Below are positions 1 through 9,511 of a stretch of 64,000 nt of DNA, one piece after another. The position numbers and the translations under genes are program-made. Numbering within the stretch: position 1 is the first letter of the stretch; each line of letters starts with the position of its first letter. The notes below the pieces were generated by a model. The model did no database searches. It was not told the origin of the DNA and was given only the letters and a program-made list of their open reading frames with translations. The DNA is from Candidatus Eiseniibacteriota bacterium. Its GTDB lineage: Bacteria > Eisenbacteria > RBG-16-71-46 > JABDJR01. The stretch is taken from assembly GCA_963762255.1 (NCBI GenBank), contig CAVXKA010000001.1:704001-768000 (forward strand), read 5' to 3'.

Positions 1-58
1 GACTTCGCCGGCGTCGACGGCGTGAAGTACGTGGCGCGCTCGGTGGACTGAATCGGCG

Positions 59-2932
59 CTATCGCACGACCACGAGCTTCTGCGCCGAGCTCCGGCTCTC
101 CTCCCCGTTCCGCTCGGTGAGCCGCACCATGTAGATCCCTGCCGGCGCCCGCCGCCCGCGCTCGTCGAGCCCGTCCCAGGACACCGTTCCCGATCCCGTC
201 GCCCCGCGCAACAGCGTTCGTACGCGGCGACCGGCGAGATCGAGCACGTCCACTGAAGCGCTCCACCCCGTCTCCAACTGGAACGCGATCTGCGACGCGC
301 GCGTCAAGGGATTCGGCGCCGGCGGCATGAGCCCTCGGGCGGCCGCGGGGGAGTCCCCGCCCACGCCCACGGCCGTCGGCTGCCCGCAGTCGTGGCAGAA
401 CGTCCGCTCGGGGTAGCTCCCGTACATGGGCCATTTCCACGACGACTCCGCCCCGGGAGCCGCGTTCACATCCATGACCGTGATCTTGGAATGCGTGAGA
501 AACACGACTTCCAGGCTCCCGTCGTTGTCCAGGTCCCAGCTCGCCGCCGAAAGGAAACACGGCTCGCCGAGGCCGATCGGCCACCCGACCGCGTCGAACC
601 CCCACACGTCCCAGGCGTAGACGCTGTCATTGGGGGCGGTAACCAACGCGAACGGGTCGGCGCCGATCATGTCAGCGGTGGCCGGCGCCTCGATCTCGGT
701 CCCCGGCGAGACCATCCGCGGCCACGAGGGAGGCGTCGAGCCGTCCATCTCCAGGAGGTGCACGGTGTCGTCCACGAGCGGCACCACGAGCATCGGGTGC
801 GTCGAGCCGTAGCCGCGCAGGAGAACCGGGGTGGGGGTAAGGGCCGGCGCGCCCAACGAGACCGGCCAGCCCGGAAGATCCGCGCCGGTGTGGTGCATGA
901 GCGTGACCTTGCCCGTCACGGACGAGACCGCGATCTCGAGATCCCCGTTCGCGTCGTCGTCGCACTCGGCGAGAGCCACGGGGCCAAACAACGGATCCGA
1001 GGCGAAGCTGCGCACCATGAGCGCGGTTCCGTCGTGCCGGTCCACGTGTACGGCGTCGGCGAGCGCGGTGACGATCTCGGCGTAGCCGTCCCGGTCCACG
1101 TCGGCGATCGCCGCGGGCCCCGCCACGAACGAAGGCTTGATGAGCGGGAATCCGGGCATTTCCGAACCGAGCGAGAACGCGTGCACTTCCTGGCCGCACA
1201 CCGCCACCACCTGCCACGCGTCGGTGGCGCTCCAGAGGGGGCCGATGCTCACGTAGACGGATTGACCGATGTCGAGATTGATCGGGTACCCGGGCATAAC
1301 CGCACCGCCCTGGTCGTAGGCGCGCACGATCCCGACCGCGGTCCCCACGACCAACTCGGTGGCCCCGTCGCCGTCGATGTCGCCTCCCGCCACCGCCGAA
1401 CCGACCCCCACCTGCCCCACGTACACGGGCCACCCGCTCACTTCGGTCCCGTCGTGGTTGAGCACGTGGAGGTAGCCCGTCGAGTCGGCGAAGAAGATCT
1501 CCATGCCGATGTCGCCGTCCAACTCCGCCACGCCGGGATGCGTGACCGGGGGCGAGGAAAGCGCCACCGGGAAGCCCGCCTCGATCCGCGGGAATCCCTC
1601 GGCGCGGAACCAGTCCCCTTCGAAGAAGAGGCTGTCCGGCGTACCGATCGCGTTGTCCTTGCCCCACAAGTAACCGCGCTGATTCTCCATGGCCGGGTTG
1701 GTCTTGATGTCCGCGGGGGCCGTGGTCGATCCGCTGGTGATGGGAGCATCGGCATAGGGGGACAGACCCGGCATGGCCAGCGGGCTGACATGGCTCGAGG
1801 TGGAGAAGCCGTGCCGCTGGGTCGCATTGTCGATGGCGGTCATGCCGTACCCGCCCTGCTCGGGGACCGTCACGAGGCAGGCTGACTTGGCGCCGGCGAT
1901 GCACATGCTGTCCGCGTACGCCCACGTCGCCCCGTAGTTGTAGGAGGCGCGCAGGGTGGTGCTGATCGGCGAGGACAGGTAACTGATGCTCATGAGCGCC
2001 TTGCCGTCATCCAGAGAGGCGGCGACCGCGGTAAGGTATTCGTCGGTGCCGTTGGACTCGTGGGTGAGCAGGTAGACCGACTGCCAGTCGCTCGGACCGT
2101 TCACCGCCCAGTTGAGGGCGCGTTGGTAGAGTACTTCGGCGTTCTTCGGCGGGCCCCCCGTCGGATATCCCGAGCGTGTCCACGCTACGTGCACGACGCC
2201 CCCGAAGCCGACCGCCATCCGGGGAAGGTGGTATTGGTAGCCGAGAACGGGGAGGGTGGTGATATAGCTCGAGCCCCAGGTCGCCCCCTGGTCCCCAGAC
2301 CGTGCGAATCGGATCTCGCCGCCGTCGGAGCGAGAGGTGACCACGAACACGGAGTAGTTGGTCTGGAACTCCGCGGTGGAGCCGATGTCGAAAAAGTCGA
2401 TCGTGTTCCCCAGGTCGGTCAAGGTCTGGCCGCTCCACGTCGGGCTCGCCGACGAGGGATCGGTGTACGCCACTCCCACCTGGAAGCCGGATATGCCGTC
2501 GATGATGAAGCCGAGGAAGAGGCGGGGGTTCGCTCCTCGAGCCATGTGAAGCGTCGGGGCCAAGTAGTCGGCGGCTAAGACGTAGGCGCCCAGGGTGCTC
2601 CAGAGGCTCCAGGTCTTGCCGTCGTCGAGCGATCGATAGACGCGGATGACCTTGTTCGGCCCCGACACCACGGACACCGCGGCGAACGCGGTGCCATCGT
2701 CTGCGAAGGCCAGGGAGGTCTTCAGCATCGAGGCGTCCATCTCGCGGGCGGTGGCCACGAGCGCGTCAGGTTCCATGTAGACGCTAGCCTGCACGACCGA
2801 TGGGGCCAGGAGCAGGAAGGTGGGCAGCAGAATGCAGCAGACGTGGCCGGGGCCGCGGGTGAAGAGCACGCGCAGTCTAGCGCGGAGGTCGCGAGGCTTC
2901 ACGACACACCTCCCTGACAAAGCGAGGACCAC
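59..2932 (-). CDS. Secreted protein with BNR/Asp-box repeats, FG-GAP/VCBS repeats and a C-terminal FlgD-Ig-like domain
   Basis: Hydrophobic signal-like segment; Asp-boxes SLDDGKTW, SGDQGATW, SYNYGATW; DxDxDG repeats (DIDGDGATE, DVDRDGYAE, DLDNDGSLE); C-terminal PAPNP...DLAGRRVRTL...WDGLDERG...GIYMVRL. Exact start uncertain. Confidence 0.8.
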   Translation of the reverse strand: MVLALSGRCVVKPRDLRARLRVLFTRGPGHVCCILLPTFLLLAPSVVQASVYMEPDALVATAREMDASMLKTSLAFADDGTAFAAVSVVSGPNKVIRVYRSLDDGKTWSLWSTLGAYVLAADYLAPTLHMARGANPRLFLGFIIDGISGFQVGVAYTDPSSASPTWSGQTLTDLGNTIDFFDIGSTAEFQTNYSVFVVTSRSDGGEIRFARSGDQGATWGSSYITTLPVLGYQYHLPRMAVGFGGVVHVAWTRSGYPTGGPPKNAEVLYQRALNWAVNGPSDWQSVYLLTHESNGTDEYLTAVAASLDDGKALMSISYLSSPISTTLRASYNYGATWAYADSMCIAGAKSACLVTVPEQGGYGMTAIDNATQRHGFSTSSHVSPLAMPGLSPYADAPITSGSTTAPADIKTNPAMENQRGYLWGKDNAIGTPDSLFFEGDWFRAEGFPRIEAGFPVALSSPPVTHPGVAELDGDIGMEIFFADSTGYLHVLNHDGTEVSGWPVYVGQVGVGSAVAGGDIDGDGATELVVGTAVGIVRAYDQGGAVMPGYPINLDIGQSVYVSIGPLWSATDAWQVVAVCGQEVHAFSLGSEMPGFPLIKPSFVAGPAAIADVDRDGYAEIVTALADAVHVDRHDGTALMVRSFASDPLFGPVALAECDDDANGDLEIAVSSVTGKVTLMHHTGADLPGWPVSLGAPALTPTPVLLRGYGSTHPMLVVPLVDDTVHLLEMDGSTPPSWPRMVSPGTEIEAPATADMIGADPFALVTAPNDSVYAWDVWGFDAVGWPIGLGEPCFLSAASWDLDNDGSLEVVFLTHSKITVMDVNAAPGAESSWKWPMYGSYPERTFCHDCGQPTAVGVGGDSPAAARGLMPPAPNPLTRASQIAFQLETGWSASVDVLDLAGRRVRTLLRGATGSGTVSWDGLDERGRRAPAGIYMVRLTERNGEESRSSAQKLVVVR

Positions 2933-3086
2933 CAGAACAAGGGTGCGGCCTTCCCCGCATGGGGGTGCGGGAGGGATGGTCCGCAGGGACGGTTCGAGCG
3001 AAATTATAGCGTATTTGTCGTGAATCCGGGCCGGGAATCGGGGGGGCCTTCGGCGAGGGCGACGGGCGAACGCGAAGCGCCGCCCG

Positions 3087-3620
3087 CTACCCCAGCCGCT
3101 CCACCATCTCCCGCGCGCTCGCTGCCTGTACGATGAGTTCTCGGTGGCGCGCGTTCACGAACCCTTCCTCCACCGCGTGATCGAGCAGCCGAACCAATGG
3201 GTCGTAATAACCGGCTACGTTGAGCAGACCGACCGGCTTGGTGTGGATCCCGAGATAGGCCCAGGTCAGCACCTCGAAGAACTCCTCGAAGGTGCCGATC
3301 CCGCCCGGTAGCGCGATGAAGGCATCCGCCTGCGCCGCCATCTGCGCCTTGCGCTCGTGCATGTCGCGCACCACGCGGAGTTCGGTGACTCCTTCGTGCG
3401 CCAGTTCCGGCGTGCGGAGTCGATCGGGGATGATGCCGATCACCGAGCCGCCGGCGGCGAGCACGACATCGGCCAGCACGCCCATGAGCCCGACACGTCC
3501 GCCGCCGTAGACCAGTCCGATCCCGCGCGCGGCCAGCTCGGCTCCCAACTCGCGCGCGGCATCGGCGTACTCGGCGCGCGCACCGGCGTGCGATCCCGCG
3601 AAGACACAAAGCCATTTCAT
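3087..3620 (-). CDS. LOG family (TIGR00730-type) nucleoside 5'-monophosphate phosphoribohydrolase
   Basis: CVFAGS, LVYGGGRVGLMG, MHERK, PGGIGTFEE, KPVGLLNVAGYYD. Start moved to ATG 3620. Confidence 0.92.
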   Translation of the reverse strand: MKWLCVFAGSHAGARAEYADAARELGAELAARGIGLVYGGGRVGLMGVLADVVLAAGGSVIGIIPDRLRTPELAHEGVTELRVVRDMHERKAQMAAQADAFIALPGGIGTFEEFFEVLTWAYLGIHTKPVGLLNVAGYYDPLVRLLDHAVEEGFVNARHRELIVQAASAREMVERLG

Positions 3621-3806
3621 GACCGGGATTCTACGCCTCGTGTCTGCGGCAGCTCGCGGGGTCTCTTCGGTGATTCTGGCAAACGGCGACTGGACAAGCC
3701 CCTTCGAAGGCCGTAAAGTCTGTCCCCTGTAGGGGTTTCGGGTCGGCAAAGATCCCGCCTAAGTTGACGGATTCAGTCTACCTTTCGGTGCTGTATAATG
3801 CATTCC

Positions 3807-4619
3807 ATGACAGATGACCACGGCGCTCCAAAGTCTCGCAAAAGCTCCGCCCTGAAACAGCTTGGGGAAACCGTGCGCGGGTTGCGCCGGGCCCAAGGCC
3901 TGACGCGAGCGGATCTCGCGGGACGTTCCGGACTCAGCCTCCGTTTCCTCGCGCAGCTGGAGGGCGGGGCCGGGAACATCTCGTATCTTCGGCTGCGTCA
4001 GCTTTCCGCCGCTCTCGGCCTGGAGACGGGTGCGTTGATCGAGCGCGCCGAGGCCTCGGCGGGGCGCTCCATCGCGCTCATCGGAATGCGCGGCGCAGGC
4101 AAGAGCGTGGTGGGAGCGATGCTGGCAGAGCGCCTGGGTCTACCGTTCGTGGAACTCGACGAGGCGATCGAGCAGGACGCTGGGATGTCGCTGAGGCAGC
4201 TCTTCGAGCTGCAGGGCGAAGCATCCTACCGCCGGATCGAGCACGAGTCGCTGGCGCGCGTTCTGTTCGACGGCCGCAGGAGCGTGTTCGCCGCCGGCGG
4301 CGGCATCGTCACTGCCCGAGAGACATTTGGCCTCCTTCGCCGCCGGACGCTCACCGTGTGGCTCAAGGCCACACCCCGTGATCACTGGGACCGCGTGTCC
4401 GCACAGGGAGATCTGCGACCCATCAGCCGACCCGACGCGGTGGCCGATATGCATCGTTTGTGGGCGGAGCGTTCGCCTCTCTACGCCGAGGCCGACCTTA
4501 TCGTGGAAACGACGGGCCGCAGCGTGCCGGAAGTGGTGGAAGCGATTTTGGCCGAGCTGCCCCAATCAGAATCCGTGACCGATACCAAGAATCTAGTCCC
4601 CGAGCAACGCCAACCTTAG
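3807..4619 (+). CDS. XRE helix-turn-helix/shikimate kinase-like fusion regulator (BzdR/BoxR-like)
   Basis: N-terminal XRE HTH (LTRADLAGRSGLSLRFLAQLEGGAGNIS) followed by shikimate-kinase fold (LIGMRGAGKS, GGG, R.PLY). TATAAT at 3794-3799 just upstream. Confidence 0.85.
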   Translation: MTDDHGAPKSRKSSALKQLGETVRGLRRAQGLTRADLAGRSGLSLRFLAQLEGGAGNISYLRLRQLSAALGLETGALIERAEASAGRSIALIGMRGAGKSVVGAMLAERLGLPFVELDEAIEQDAGMSLRQLFELQGEASYRRIEHESLARVLFDGRRSVFAAGGGIVTARETFGLLRRRTLTVWLKATPRDHWDRVSAQGDLRPISRPDAVADMHRLWAERSPLYAEADLIVETTGRSVPEVVEAILAELPQSESVTDTKNLVPEQRQP

Positions 4620-4628
4620 GAGAGATAA

Positions 4629-5612
4629 ATGCTGAGAGACTACGCCGGAGAGCGATTGCACCGCCGTGCCCGCACGCCTCACAACAAGCGGGTGCGGTAC
4701 TCGGCGGTGTTCGTGGATTTCGAGAACATTTATCAAGCCCTGGCCCACGACCCCGAGGATCCCGAGCCCCTCGACGATTCCACCGTGGACGAGGGGGCGC
4801 TCGACGACGCGGTGGAGCTGCTTTCGCGCCTGAAGGATAGATTGCGGGAGAAGTACAACTGCGTGATGGCCATCGGTCGGTCCTACGCCGACTTCGACCG
4901 GCTGGGCGGCGATGCGCAGTCGCAGCTCCAGCTCCTCGCGTTCGAGCCGCGGTTCATGCTTTCCACGAAGAAGAAGAGCTCTTCCGACATCCTGCTCTCG
5001 ATCGACGCCATCGAGATGATGCACACCCGTCCGGAACTCGACATGTTCGTGATCGTGGGCGGCGACCGCGACTACCTTCCGGTGGTGCGGCGCATCCGCG
5101 AGCACTTGAAGCGGGTTGTGCTGGTCGGCTTCAAGGGCTCGACGAGCGGCGACCTCAAGCAGGTGGTGGGCGAAGAGAACTTCATCGCCGCCGAGTACCT
5201 GCTGCCGGAGGCCGAGCCGAGCAACGGCGGCGGCGAGCGGCGTAGTTACGAGAGCTATCACCGCGCCGAGGAGCGCGAGCCACGGCCGCCGCGTGCCGAG
5301 ACCGTGGAAAGCCTGGTCGAGGCGCCCCCCGCCACCGAGGAAGACCTGAGACGGTGCATGGAGGAGCTGCTCTCCGCCTACTATCAGTACGGCGAGCGCA
5401 AGGTGTGGCTCACCCCGTTCCTGCGCATGCTCAACGACCGCTTTCCGTACCTGGACAATCGCGGGCGTAAGCGGCTCGTGGAGGATCTCCAGGCCAAGAG
5501 CGCGATCAGCATCGAGAAGATCGAGGGGGATCCATACCCGTACTCGGTGATCGAGATCAACTGGGAAGACACCTGGGTGCGAGGGATGGACGAGGCGCGC
5601 GGGAATACGTAG
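4629..5612 (+). CDS. NYN (PIN-like) domain putative RNase with C-terminal helical domain
   Basis: AVFVDFENI, KSSSDILLSIDA, GGDRDYLPVV and VVLVG motifs of the NYN/LabA-DUF88 family. Confidence 0.85.
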   Translation: MLRDYAGERLHRRARTPHNKRVRYSAVFVDFENIYQALAHDPEDPEPLDDSTVDEGALDDAVELLSRLKDRLREKYNCVMAIGRSYADFDRLGGDAQSQLQLLAFEPRFMLSTKKKSSSDILLSIDAIEMMHTRPELDMFVIVGGDRDYLPVVRRIREHLKRVVLVGFKGSTSGDLKQVVGEENFIAAEYLLPEAEPSNGGGERRSYESYHRAEEREPRPPRAETVESLVEAPPATEEDLRRCMEELLSAYYQYGERKVWLTPFLRMLNDRFPYLDNRGRKRLVEDLQAKSAISIEKIEGDPYPYSVIEINWEDTWVRGMDEARGNT

Positions 5613-5620
5613 AAGCGCGT

Positions 5621-5737
5621 CTAGTCTTCCTCGTCCATCTTTTGCGGCGTCTTGAGCACCTTCCAGAAGAACCGGCCCGTGAAGAAGAGGACCACGCCCC
5701 AGGTGCAGAGCAGCATGAGCACCGCGGCTCGGGTCAT
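5621..5737 (-). CDS. 38-aa single-TM small protein, probable NSS transporter small subunit (MetS-like)
   Basis: MTRAAVLMLLCTWGVVLFFTGRFFWKVLKTPQKMDEED. Its ATG overlaps the transporter stop (ATGA at 5734-5737), with AGGAG upstream. Confidence 0.7.
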   Translation of the reverse strand: MTRAAVLMLLCTWGVVLFFTGRFFWKVLKTPQKMDEED

Positions 5738-7371
5738 CGTATGGCTCCTTTCTTCCGCCGCCACGCGTTCCAGACCAGGACGCCCCAGAATACGAACACG
5801 CCCACGAGGAGCAGGCGGGTCATGTCCTGCACGAATTCGCGGGTGGGGTAGCCGTCTCTGAACCACGCATAGTCCACCACCCCGGCGTGGAGGACCTTTC
5901 CAACCACGCTTTCCGGCGCGAAGGGCCACCCTCCTCCGGAGACGAGGCTTCGGAGGGCCGCTCCCCAGTCTCCGCCGGCCGGCTGAATCATGGATCCCAC
6001 GAAGATGGCCAGAATGAAGATCGGCGTGACGTACTGGATCACGTATCGGAAGACGTACGGGACCTTCATGTCGGCGCCGCGCGTGATCTCCGCCCACGCG
6101 TTCTTCATACCGAAGATATAGGCGAAGATAAACGTCTCCAGGAGCGCGAACACGACCAGCGAGAAGGTGCCGGTCCAGAAGTCGAACTCATCAAACGCGC
6201 CGCCCGGGTAGAGCCACACGCAGACGAAACCGAGCACGAACGTCCACCCTCCGAACAGAAGAGCGGCACGGCTCCGCTTCCACCCGTACTCGTCTTCGAA
6301 GAACGCCATGACCGGCTGACCCATGGCCAGGGACGAGGTAATGCCGGCGAAGAAGAGCAATCCGAACCAGAGCATCCCGGCGATGGGGGCGAACCATCCC
6401 CAGTTGTTGAAGAGGGTGGGCAGCGTAAGGAAGCCGAGGCCGAAACCGCTTCCGCCCGAGGTCGCGGCCTGCACCGCCGCCAAACCGAGATACGCGGTGG
6501 CGATGGGGATCACGATCGAACCGCCGAGGATGACCTCCACGAACTCGTTCATCCAACCCGCCGACGCCGCGTTGAGGGCGATGTCTCCCTTCTTACGGAC
6601 ATAGGACGCGTAGCAGTGGATCGAGCCCATACCGACCGAAAGCGTGAAAAAGATCTGCCCGGCGGCGGCGAGCCAGGTCTTCGGATCGAGCAGTCCGGAG
6701 AGTTGCGGATTCCAGATAAAGTTGAGCCCAACGAGCGGGCTCTCCACGACCCCGGGCGCGTCGGTGCCGATCGTAAGGCCGCGGACGGCGAGGATGACGC
6801 CAAAGAGGATGAGGAGCGGCATGCCGATCTTGGCGGCCGTCTCGATCCCCTTGGCCACACCCCGCGAGAGGATCCACAGGTTGAGAGCGAGCGTGATCAC
6901 GAACCAGAGGGTGGCCTCGCGCGGAAGCGCGAAGATCGACTCCTCGTGTTGGCCCAGATAGTGCGGGAAGAAGTCGGTGGGGGCGGTGTGCCGGAAGGTG
7001 CCGATGAGCGAGTGCCAGACGTAGGCCAGCGTCCACGACTCGATGTAGCAGTAATAGGCGGCGATGGCGAGATTGGTGAAGAGACCGAACACGCCGACGT
7101 ACTTGAGCCAACGGGCGCGACCCAGCTTGTCGAACATGCCGGGAGTGGAGTGATGGCCGAAGAGGCCGCCGTGGCGGCCGATCGCCCATTCGACCCATAG
7201 GAGCGGAATCCCGAGCAGCACGAAGCTGACCAGGTAGGGGATCAGGAAGGCCCCGCCGCCGTTCTGGGCGGCCTGAGCCGGGAACCGGAGGAAATTGCCG
7301 AGGCCGACCGCGTTCCCAGCCATGGCGAGAACGAGGCCGACTCGGGAGCCCCAACTCTCGCGAGCAGACAC
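5734..7371 (-). CDS. Sodium-dependent transporter, NSS/SNF (LeuT-like) family
   Basis: RESWGSR...AGNAVGLGNFLRFP, GGGAFLIPY, AAGQIFFTLSVG, FFAGITSS; about 12 TM segments. Confidence 0.95.
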   Translation of the reverse strand: MSARESWGSRVGLVLAMAGNAVGLGNFLRFPAQAAQNGGGAFLIPYLVSFVLLGIPLLWVEWAIGRHGGLFGHHSTPGMFDKLGRARWLKYVGVFGLFTNLAIAAYYCYIESWTLAYVWHSLIGTFRHTAPTDFFPHYLGQHEESIFALPREATLWFVITLALNLWILSRGVAKGIETAAKIGMPLLILFGVILAVRGLTIGTDAPGVVESPLVGLNFIWNPQLSGLLDPKTWLAAAGQIFFTLSVGMGSIHCYASYVRKKGDIALNAASAGWMNEFVEVILGGSIVIPIATAYLGLAAVQAATSGGSGFGLGFLTLPTLFNNWGWFAPIAGMLWFGLLFFAGITSSLAMGQPVMAFFEDEYGWKRSRAALLFGGWTFVLGFVCVWLYPGGAFDEFDFWTGTFSLVVFALLETFIFAYIFGMKNAWAEITRGADMKVPYVFRYVIQYVTPIFILAIFVGSMIQPAGGDWGAALRSLVSGGGWPFAPESVVGKVLHAGVVDYAWFRDGYPTREFVQDMTRLLLVGVFVFWGVLVWNAWRRKKGAIR

Positions 7372-7549
7372 GCTTATGCCCTCCCTGAGTCCGGCGGGAG
7401 CATAACCGCTCGGAGGGTTGCGTCAAGCGAGAATCTTGATAGGATTGTGGTCTTCGTTGACTACGGGGCGCGTTTTTGTTCCTTTGGCTTCTGTGCCGCG
7501 CTCCGATCCAATCACTCTCGACCCGACCTCTTCAACAAGGAGATGCCCG

Positions 7550-8137
7550 ATGAAGCGCGCGCTCTTGGTATTCGTCGCCGCGTTGGCTCTGTGTCTGACC
7601 GCCCTGTCCGCCGTGGCCGGCGATGACAAGCCGATGGACGAGCACATGATGAAAGCCTGGATGGACGCGTCAACCCCTGGGGCGCAGCACAAGATGCTGG
7701 AGTCCATGGTCGGGGTGTGGAACGTGGTGAACTACTCGTACGAGACCGGCCAGAAGGTGGAAGCGGGCAGTGGCATCTCCACCCGCAGCATGATCCTGGG
7801 CGGCCGCTTCCTGCAGGATCACACCGAGGCCCAGATGATGGGCGTGCCGATGGACGGTTGGGGGCTCACCGGCTACAACAACACGACCGGCGAGTACGAG
7901 AGCACCTGGATCGACAACATGGGCACCGCCATCTACCTGAGCAAGGGGAAGGCAAACGCCGACAGCAAGCAGATCATCCAGACCATGGACTACGTCGATC
8001 CCATGACCAAGAAGGCGACCAAGGTGAAGACCGTGCTCTCCGTCGATGGTCCCGACAATGCCTCGTTCGCTTGGTACGCCCTCGACGGCGACAAGGAAAC
8101 GAAGAGCATGGAGATGATCTACACGCGGAGGAAGTAA
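7550..8137 (+). CDS. Secreted DUF1579-like protein
   Basis: Signal peptide; PGAQHKML..MVGVW, ILGGRFL, GYNNTTGEYESTWIDNMGT, MEMIYTR; AAGGAG RBS. Confidence 0.82.
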   Translation: MKRALLVFVAALALCLTALSAVAGDDKPMDEHMMKAWMDASTPGAQHKMLESMVGVWNVVNYSYETGQKVEAGSGISTRSMILGGRFLQDHTEAQMMGVPMDGWGLTGYNNTTGEYESTWIDNMGTAIYLSKGKANADSKQIIQTMDYVDPMTKKATKVKTVLSVDGPDNASFAWYALDGDKETKSMEMIYTRRK

Positions 8138-8138
8138 G

Positions 8139-8681
8139 ACGTCGCCTCTCGTCCTCTACACCATCGGGCATTCCAACCGCTCTGCGGATGAGTTGATCGC
8201 ACTTCTTCGCGAGCACACTGTTCGCCGGCTGGCCGACGTGCGCCGCTACCCGGTCAGCCGGCGACATCCTCAGTTCTCCCGCGAGCCGCTCGCTGCGGCC
8301 CTCGCCGGCGCGGGGATCTCCTACCGCCACGCGGAGGATCTGGGCGGACACCGAGACGCGCTTCCCGACTCCCCGCACCAGGCATTGGATGAAGCTTGGC
8401 GGCGCGGATATGCCGATTACATGGAAGGCGCGGCGTTTCGTGCCGCGTTGGGGGAGTTGGTGAAGTGGGCGGCCGACGCGCCGACCGCGGTGATGTGCGC
8501 CGAGGCCTCGCCCGCCGACTGCCACCGAGGACTTCTCTGTGACGCGCTGCTCGCGAGCGGGGTGCAGGCGGTTCACATTCTCGCCCCGGGGCGCACGCTT
8601 GAACACGTGTTGACTGCGAACGCTCGCGTGGACGGCAGTCGCGTGATCTACGACGTCGGTATGCTTCCGTTCGGACGCTGA
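8139..8681 (+). CDS. DUF488 family protein (possible non-canonical ACG start)
   Basis: LYTIGHSNR, LADVRRYPVSR, LGG.R, MCAE...CHR motifs. The conserved N-terminus lies upstream of the track's TTG at 8193. Confidence 0.8.
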   Translation, partial: TSPLVLYTIGHSNRSADELIALLREHTVRRLADVRRYPVSRRHPQFSREPLAAALAGAGISYRHAEDLGGHRDALPDSPHQALDEAWRRGYADYMEGAAFRAALGELVKWAADAPTAVMCAEASPADCHRGLLCDALLASGVQAVHILAPGRTLEHVLTANARVDGSRVIYDVGMLPFGR

Positions 8682-8682
8682 G

Positions 8683-9495
8683 TCAGGGGAGAAGGATCGC
8701 CTTCGCAGCGCGCACGCCGTCGGCGGTGCTGAGCCGCACGTAGTAGACGCCGGCCGGCGCCCGCACGCCGCGCTCGTCACGGCCGTCCCAGGTCAGTGCT
8801 TGCGAGACGCCCGACTCCATCCACCCATCGAATAGCGTCCGCACTTCGCGGCCGTCCGGTGCGAACACGCGCAGGCGCGCCTGGCCGGCGGTTCCCACCG
8901 TGAAGGCAATCCGCGCCCGGGCCCGGAACGGGTTGGGGGACGCGGGGCTCAGCGCCGAGACGCCGGAGCGCGGGCCGTCGGGCACGGCGGTGACGTCGCC
9001 GACCTGCACGTGGCCGCTCGTGGGTCACGACCGGAGAGAGGGAACACCCGCGTTGGCAAAGCGCGCGCGGACGAATCGGATGTCGGTCATGGCGGGCGCC
9101 GAGGGGGCCCGGAACCGGAGCCGGTAGATGACGCCGGGGCCGGTCACTTCCACACCGGCGCACAAGAGGCTGTAAGTGATGCGTATCGTGTCTCCCACCG
9201 CGCTGAAGAGATGAAAGCCGTTCGGGCAGGCGGCCGACATGAGCGGTCCCACCTGAAGTGAGACCGGCGACCGCTGAATGAAGGTCAGTTTCGCGGGGTC
9301 ATAGACGATCGTGAACTCGAACGCATTGAAGGTGTCGGGCGAGGCCGGCACGAAGATGTCGTAGTCGAACACCTCGTCCAGGGTGACGATCCTGGTCGAT
9401 GGATCGAATCGTACGTCGATGGCGAGGACCGGCGCGGCCGCGCTCAGGATCAGGATCGCGAGCAGGAGCGCGCCACAGCCGCGGGCCGATCGCAT
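8683..9495 (-). CDS. Secreted cohesin-like + FlgD-Ig protein, interrupted by an in-frame TGA at 9025-9027
   Basis: Track ORFs 9025-9495 and 8683-9009 share a frame. Signal peptide, FEFTIVYDPAKL, G.GVIYRLRFRA (cohesin-like), then SPNPF...WDGRDERG...GVYYVRL. Confidence 0.75.
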
Positions 9496-9511
9496 GGAAA
9501 CCGTCCCTTCT

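Noticed and set aside
9025-9027. In-frame TGA as a second selenocysteine codon (a downstream GCAGGTC hairpin loosely resembles the fdhF SECIS)
   Set aside because: No Cys/redox context. The alternate frame reads LSPVVT, so compensating indels give the more natural PLSPVVTTSGHVQV, and it lies within a cluster of other indels.
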